From: Antedon mediterranea
Taxonomy: Eukaryota > Animalia > Echinodermata
DNA: 64,000 bases
NCBI RefSeq assembly: GCF_964355755.1
Contig: NC_092671.1
Span: forward strand, 7,936,001 to 8,000,000
Direction of reading: 5' to 3'
Under the pieces are notes generated by a model, which worked only from the letters and a program-made list of their open reading frames with translations, ran no database searches and was not told the origin of the DNA. Shown here one piece after another: positions 55,501-64,000 of this stretch. The translations under genes and the position numbers were made by a program. The first letter of the stretch is position 1; each line of letters starts with the position of its first letter.

Positions 55501-57869
55501 AATACATTTTTTAAATAAAAACTGTCATGATTATAACATACAACTTAATAATAACTATAATTTAATTTTTTTTTTCGTGTGTTTGTTTTGTTTTTAAATA
55601 CAATACTGAATAGTCCTACTTGGTTATGCGCCTTTAGAAACAGTGCATAAGACACTGCTAAACATACGGAGGGCAAAGGAACATTACAAGATACAGACAG
55701 AGCTACCGAGAACATACAACGGGTAAAAACAATAGGCCTACAAGATGTTGAGATGGACATGGAGAGATGCTGCAATTGACGTTTAATCGATTAATTAACA
55801 CCACTTCCTCAGAATTGCATAATCCTGTTTACAGGGCACTGTATGATTACAAAACTGCCTGTTCTTTTTCTTTAGATGTTATCCGGCGGAAGTATATCAT
55901 TAATGAGCTTACAGTATCAATCAATGAAGATGTAACTGTTTCATGAATACATTACATTTGTTTGATTATCTTAATTTCATATTATGACATTACTTAGGGC
56001 CTACTATTGTTGATGCAATGTCGAACAAAGTATAAATAATAATTTCGAAACTAACTAAATATGGAACAATACTTTCTTATCATGAAATACTGTACTGTAT
56101 TAATCTAGAACATTGTCTAATTTTAATGTAGACAATTCATAATTAAAGGTAAAACCAAGTCAATCAAAGCACAATCGTTTGTTTGTCATTTGGTTTTATC
56201 GCGGGCCAAATCTAAAATAAATGTAGGGCCTGTTATAGTAAATTCCGTTAATATAATACCAGACAAATATTTTGATTTAATATCTAAAGCCATAACAAAG
56301 TTTTCATTTTCCTTCTTATATTTTGACAACTTAGGCTATAATATTTGCAATGCAGTCAACTCGTGGGCAGACATCATTCAGCCGGCGCCCTTATGTCGTG
56401 CTTCTCTCTTGGGTCGTACCTGCCTGATCTCCATCTAAACCTATAATAGTTAATTTGTAGGGGTAAATTATGTTTCTAGTACTGTAGACAGAAAGTTACA
56501 TTCAAACCGCAGTTAACTGGTTGCTAACGTGAATCTTGATGTAATGTGGGTCACGGAATATGTTGGGAAAAATAATGCTAACAATGTATAGTCAGTGCAT
56601 GATGTGTGATGCACTTACAATACAATTGTTGCATCACGATTACAATGGTCCACCTTGGTAAATGTACCTATTCCAGAACTAATTACTCCATACCAAAAGC
56701 AAGAGAGTACACAATCTATAACCACTATGACCACAAAACTATAAACATTATTTTATAGTTGTGTTACAAAAATATTAGTCACAGTAATAATGGAATGATA
56801 ACATGGCTAAACATTACAACAGAAAAAATTACAGTTTGAAATACTGTATCCAGTTAACGCCTAATTATTTATAATTATATATAAATGTTCAGTTTATATT
56901 CTGAAGCAGTGTGTTAGTCATGGGTATACTGCAAAGTGTAAAATCAGCCCAAGGCCCAAAAACTCTGATGCAATTTATCTGAGCAGAGAAGAGTGAGCAA
57001 CTATATTTTATGTATACCGCCATCTATACGTGAACTTTACAGGTTTAGTTGACATCTGAATAATATTATTCCGGCGCCCTCTACAAAAAAATTACATGTA
57101 TAAAGTAATCCTTGTTTATACTATAGTTACTATACTTACGCTATACTAGTTTGAAAGTTGCACTGTGGAAGATAGTGTTTTCCGAAAGCTCTTTTTCTGA
57201 TTTATTTACTTTTTCGTTTTGATTTAACATTTTTCTAACTTTGTATCTTAATTTTTTACCGTTTTTAACTTTAAGGGCTTTGACTCTTTACCAACTTGCT
57301 ATTAGGCTTTACGGTACCGGCATTTAATTCGTTTAAAAGAGATGAACGAAATAAGGGTTGGTTGAAATTTGAAATCCAGCCACTGAAATCCACAGCTATG
57401 TCATTTTGAATTTACTTTATAAATATTAATTTAAAAAAAAAAAAAAAACAAAAAACAAATACAAACAAAATGAATGAAATATTTCATTCAATATAGATGA
57501 TTTAAAAAAGTGGTTGGGTCAGTTATTAGCCACCTGAGAAGTCAGTAAAATGCGGTTTATTAGCCTGTTGATTGTTTTATTTATAGGTATAATTGACATG
57601 CAACGTTTACCCAAAATGTGAAAAATCTCTTCAATCTGTGGCGAGCTTGTTCCTAGAATGACAGGTATAGTTTAAAAGATTATCAATAAATTTATGGTGA
57701 GGTGATGATAAATATGCGAATTCTATCAATGTTCATACATTGAATTCTCGGAGGAAAACACAAAAATGTACAAACAGGAAGTTGTGAGTGTTGATTTCTG
57801 CTAAAGAAAGTGACACGATTGACCACCAAACAGTGAAGTAACCAAGCGAAAATAAGTTATTATTGTATT

Positions 57870-58112
57870 TTATCCCGGACACTTGTTTTTGTGTACGCCT
57901 CTTAATAATACTGTATAATTATATAAAATGAGGTACTGTTGAGTTAAAAAATGACCCTTACTTAGTCAGATATTTGTGCATACAGTGAACCAACAGTAAA
58001 AAACCAAGACATCCTGGATCAAACTTGTTTTTGTGTACCTAATAATAATGTATAATAAGTATATAAAATGAGGTAGGCCTACTGTTAGTTAAAGATAATG
58101 ATCCTTAGTCAA
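57870..58112. repeat. Tandem duplication, about 140-bp unit, 2 copies
   Basis: ACTTGTTTTTGTGTAC...ATATAAAATGAGGTA...CTTAGTCA occurs twice. Confidence 0.85.
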
Positions 58113-61100
58113 AGGTATACAAAGGATCTGTGCATTCAGTATACCGTTACTCATAAAGACTGAAATGGTCGATGTTACGACAAATGTATATAAAGATAGA
58201 CATAAAATGATGGAATCACGAGCCCTGATTGAACAATACAATCTTAGCTACGTTTTAGCAGCTCAGTATTGTCAAATAATCAGTAAATAACCTCTGAACT
58301 CGAGAAAAAACATGAATGTTGTTATTTATGTGATCAAACCTTATCTAGAAAAAGCTTGTTTATTTAAAAGTAATACACGTTCTATCTTGTATAGTTTATA
58401 AAACAAACTTTAAAACATGTTCTGTTATATAAACACATATTTATCAAATAAGATGAAAGGAAAATCGAAGCTTGTGTAGGCTATAGAGAGGGCGCTGCTT
58501 ACATTATTTTTGTTTAATGCCATGTTTACATTTTACGAATTAAATTTATTGCATAAATAAAATAAAATAAATTACTATTATTGTCATAATTATATTAAAT
58601 TATTAGTCTATATTTAAGTTCCGGCTTCATACGTATAATCAGTAGGCTAAATACTGAAGTGTATAGTCATATCTTTCTGTATACGTTATGAATGATAAAT
58701 GTGGGCCTACTCATTGTTGTCCCTTGCGTGACGTTTTCTAGAACGGCAACTACTAAGAACGGAAAGGTCATTTCAAAAAGAATAGTTGAACTTCAGTTCA
58801 TCGGATATTTGTGGTAAAGAGGAGTACCTTTTTGCCCAGTTTTATACTCTCATGTTCGAGATATATTTCCGTATTGTTGGTATTTTGTTTTTCCGTTTAG
58901 CCCACTATCCAAGCATTAGGTCAAATGGTCAAAAGTCCACGAATGCATTGCGTGTAAAAGAAGTTAAATATGTCTAGGTATTGCATGCGCGAAATGCATG
59001 ATTTAACGGACCTGGAAAATATTTAATGAACCCAAATAAATATAACCAGGCCTACAGTATTATGTTGGTGCACGCGATGAAATTAATTGATACATTAATG
59101 ATGTCTTATTATAAGTATTCATATTATAAAAAGTTTATTTCTTGGAAATGGTTGTATAGTAACTGAAGTGAATATTTAATTGCCAATATTTATGGTTTTT
59201 GTAGAAATTTCGCTGAAATTATTTTTTTAGTGTTACCATGAAATGAAACATATAAATATCATTATTTGACACGTGACGTAGAAAAATACCCCGCAAAAGT
59301 TTTACAGACGACACCACATCCTTTTGTAAATTTAAACTTCAAATGAACCTTTGTTTTTTAGACATCAATTACATGAAATACTGATGTAACCAAAATACTA
59401 ATAGGAAGTGTAATCATAACAGTAATAGGAAATACGGACAATCTCAAACACGCAATCCGTGATCATACTGTGTTATAGTTTAAACAGTTATCCAAATAGA
59501 ATGGTCATAATACAATTTCCATTTTAAGAATATAGTTGGAGAATCAAGTTTCTAATTTAGTTGAAGTGTAGGCCTACGTGCAAGTTCCACAGTTTAAAAA
59601 AAAAACACTGACTTGCTTTAATAATTACACTTCATATTGCACTCTACTATGATAACTTATAGTACTAAGCACAAGATCGGTAGCCTAGAGTTTATTTGAC
59701 TGAGTTCCAGTCCATCACAGGAACAATTTTTCTTGTGCGAATTTTGTAAGAGCTGTGCGCTGAAAGAGCATCTGCGTTGATACATGCTGTTTTAAATTGT
59801 ACATTATACAGTCTCAACAAAACCATTCATTCGTATGCACATATTTGACATGTCTGCCCAAGGTTTTAAACTATGACTTAGAAATTCATCAGTTAAATAA
59901 CAGACAATCGAGAGGGATATCTTATACTGTATATATTTTCAAAAGGGTTTTTTCACAGGTTGTATTTCAGGGGACCCTTAAAAATAAATATAGCGCCCTC
60001 TATTGAATGTTTCAGAACAAAATCGCACTTATAGTATTTAGTTTTCATCACAGAATAAGACAAAATTTATTTGCCATAAAAACTAGTAAATTATATTAAT
60101 ATGTTTCTTCTTTCGATAACTAACGGGCAATTAAATTAACGGAAGTACATAAAGCGTAAAGCATAAATCAAATTCAAATTACTGTTTCTTTTGTTGTGTT
60201 TTATTTGTATTGTTAAGAGATGTAAAACAATTGTTTCTTACCGAGAAAAATTATTCGGATAATCTTTGATGTTGAAATTACATTGTTTTTATTTCTATAA
60301 ATATAATTGATTGAAATTTGTTTAACACGATTTCTATGGAATAAGGCTAACTATAATTATTAAAACAATTTGCACTAGAATAATAAAAAGTAATTAAAAT
60401 AAAACTGAAACTGGGGTCAAACTAAAATAAAACAACAAAACAGAAAGTTAATATATACATTTATAAAAGCACAGTAACAGGTATGGTTTAATGTGTACTT
60501 ATTAATAAGAAATAAAGCTAAATAAGGGTAAAATAGCCGAAAATTAAATAAAACTGTACAAAATAAATGATAAATGATGCTGTAGGAGTTCAGTTTCGTC
60601 ACGGTATATGCATGAAACGAAATAAGAAAAAAAACGAAAGAAAATAACGTGACAAAAATGTCCTTTATATAATAATTTAATGATACTTTTAAAGCATATT
60701 GAATTTGTATGAAATAATGATACTACAACAAAAAAATATTCGTGATTTTATTTTATTTGAAAGAAATGTTTAACAATTATTATAATTAAGTAGGCATTAG
60801 GCTTTAAAAATGACGAAAGTGGAGTACAGCATAATTAAACAAATGTTGTTAGAATGATGGTGTCATTGTGTTTATATGTTTACTGACAACATAAATACCT
60901 CAGTCATAAACAAAAACAATTACTACACTGCGTTTATAAGTATATTATACCATCTTTAGCACCGTTAGGCTTATATCACGACAAGATTAGGTTCAAGAAA
61001 TGATTTAAACCACAGATGAAATTACGTCAAACTAATTATGAAAACGGATATGCTACACAATTCCACATTTAAAGTTCTAGGCCTATAAAGACGCGATTAC

Positions 61101-64000
61101 AATAGTTTTGTTTGAAAAGTGTTGAATGATAGAAACATTCAACGTTTTCATCTATCTTCTCTTAGGCTCCATCGGCCGTTTGTAATTCCATCGTATCGCA
61201 AGCTGCAGCATCCAGCGCACCAAGCCCATCTGTATCTTCATCTTATTTAAAAACATGTCCAACATTTTCAAAATGCATTTACTATGCGATAATATTGCCT
61301 ATACTCGCTTATACCATTGGTGTTATCACCCTCTTAAGATTAATCATTAATGTCTAAAAATAAAAGTGTCAAAATATGGCAATTTTTTGAGAACAATATC
61401 CATGCATAGGCTTAGTACATGAAAGATTTTTTTTGAACAAAATTGTCAAAATACTGACATTTTAAAATAAGTATTGAGGTGATATACGAAGAACACATTC
61501 TGTGCATGTCATTATTATAATATAGGATATAGTAACCAATTAGGCCTATGTAATTTTTGGCAATTTTTTATTTAGGATTTCCATAGTCCTACAGGGATTT
61601 TTTTTAAATGTGTCTATGATACTGGGCAATCGGCTAACTTGTGATAACTGAATATACCACCTAAAGCCACTTATAATAAGAATAAACAATATATTACGTC
61701 AAACTAAACTATTATTATAAATATTTTCTCTTTTTGTACAGTAGGTATACAGTATTAATGTTAGAGTGTTAAAATCATATTTTTCGTTAGGTATAATAAC
61801 GACACAACATAATGATTTCCTCAACAATATATTAGCTATACATGTGATTTCGAATCAAACTTTACACAGTATAAATTAAATTAAATTTAAATTTTAATAT
61901 TATATTTAATATTGCTGTTATTTTGGTGACCCAAAACAGCATGCTGACCATCACGGGACTCTAGAAAGAAATCTATAATGTGGATACGATAAACGGTTCC
62001 TTGAAATCATAGGTTACTTTGTGGTAGCCATGATTCATTTAACATTTATTTTAGAGTAATCGATTATCATTAGCGGTGTTAATTAGTTAATTGGTTTGTC
62101 CTATAGTTTGACATAGATTTATTACTTAAGTAGTGTGTCCTAACATTCCAGTACATCATTTCAAAATTGTCTGTTATTTTATATACCTATACACATGACA
62201 CCAAAATAGGATAATTTAATAACCATTCGCATATGCATTTCCATAATGTTTAATTGTAATTATAGACATTTATAATAGGCCTATTGCATAATACAATTCG
62301 TGTAATTTTTCTGCGGTATCATACCGATAGGGTGTTACAGAAGTAATGATATAAAAAGATATGTTTTAATAAACTACAGTTTACAATTAAAATATACACT
62401 ACTCCTGATTTAATTTTTGGAAAATCATATCAGTAGTTGACATTACATAAAGCCTAGGGGTCTAAAGTTGTTCTATACGTACGATGGATAGGATATATAG
62501 CATCGGTGACATATTGATACTGGGATGTCAAGTGTTGGACAGATGGTCGCTTCGTCCTTGACGAAGACATCTCTCATTCACTCACAATTTTCATAGAAAC
62601 AGATTGTGCACAAATAATACGTCTAAATAAATCGCTAGTTACATTGTTCCATGCTTTGTTTACTTCGACAGAATGTTGCAAAGTTAGCAAACAAACATGA
62701 TATTAAGGATTTCAATTATTGTTTTCATTGTACGCGAGGTCTTGAAATGTTTATTTAATGTCTTTTTTTTCGCAGTTGAAGAGATGTTCACGTATGCGAA
62801 TTACATCTTTGTAACACGTTTCGTGTGTTATAAGTGGATATGCTCTTTTCACAGTGTTAAACTATAGGTATTTACATTGTAGCTGAATGTTCAATTAGCG
62901 TCTCGTTTATCACGTTTAATTTATAGTTTTAAATAATAATAGTCCCTATCTATACTACTGTATTGTATACTAAACATATTACTTAACTTACTGATTACCA
63001 CAACAATAATAATAATATGCCTTACTTAATATTTCAAAATTATCATTAAGCTGTTCTAAACAGGTCTATTTAAAATGTTTTGCAATAGCAGCAACACGAT
63101 AACATTTGTATTTTTTTGGTAAATTCAATTGAATGAAACTAAATAGTATTACTATTGAAATCATTCGGGGATTACCATGGATGGTACGCTTTGTAATCGT
63201 ATTAAAAAAATGAAACATGGTGTTAAAAAGGCATAGGCCTACATAGTTAGTATACATGTACCGTTCAAATTTGATTTTTGAAATGTTGGTCGTATAGCCT
63301 ACTCAAATATTGGGAAGACAATTTTGAGGTTGAAACCTATAAAACAATATCTTTAATATCCTCAGTAAAAATCTACTGATTGTTATTTATGTTTTAATCA
63401 CGCCACAGTCACGATAACCTAAGTGGGATTAGGATAGGAAAAACAGTGTTTATTTTACGATTCTTATTTTCGGTTACACATGCTAGAACAATTAACCTTA
63501 TTATCAAAGCTTTAATTAAATACTTTAACAATGGTTGTTTTATTTTGACCTGTTAAACTGATGACCCCTTTACCGTGTCACTTGTTTCTTATCGCAACTT
63601 AGGAAGTTTAAGGTTTGCTTATATTTATTTATACCATGGTGAAACTTCCCTTTCCTTTCCAACCAGGCCTAGCCCTAAGCCCGTGTTGTATTAGATTCTC
63701 AAGTTTGCATCCGGAATTTAAGTAGAGGTTCAACTTAGGACATTAAGAGCAAAGGTGTATTTCATTTTGACCAAAAAAAATAAAAAATCAGTTTAGAATA
63801 CATTAGATAACAGTTAAATATCTTGATTTTTAAAGATTTTTTTTTTCGTAAATAATCCCGTTTCTTATAGGCCTATTGTTCGATTATCTATTGCCTGATC
63901 TAAAAATAAAATCGAATTAAGTTTAACAAGAAGCTCCTAAGTAGAGGTTGTTATTTATAGATGCTGTCACTTAAAAACTTATTTGAAGAGGTAAGTTTGT

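Overview
Very AT-rich (about 30% GC by eye) animal genomic DNA from inside a deuterostome Hox cluster, most likely an echinoderm (a crinoid is a guess). Two Hox genes lie on the + strand in canonical posterior-to-anterior order. The first is the homeobox exon of Hox9/10 (21440-21693), which the ORF track missed; its first exon is not found in the window. The second is a complete two-exon central Hox gene, most likely Hox8 (44695-45214 + 51901-52175, 264 aa). The non-coding DNA holds a DeuSINE-like SINE, an L2-clade LINE 3' remnant, hAT- and Harbinger-like MITEs, several local tandem duplications, CTCF-like sites and Pbx-Hox/Meis site clusters. The most unusual signal is a very high density of TA-flanked short motifs (TAGGCCTA, TACAGTA/TACTGTA, TACCGTA/TACGGTA). 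Local duplicates show them as clean indels at TA sites, which suggests mass DNA-transposon excision scars. There is also a family of 21-53 bp micro-palindromes with 5-bp target-site duplications. Nearly all other ORF-track entries look spurious.
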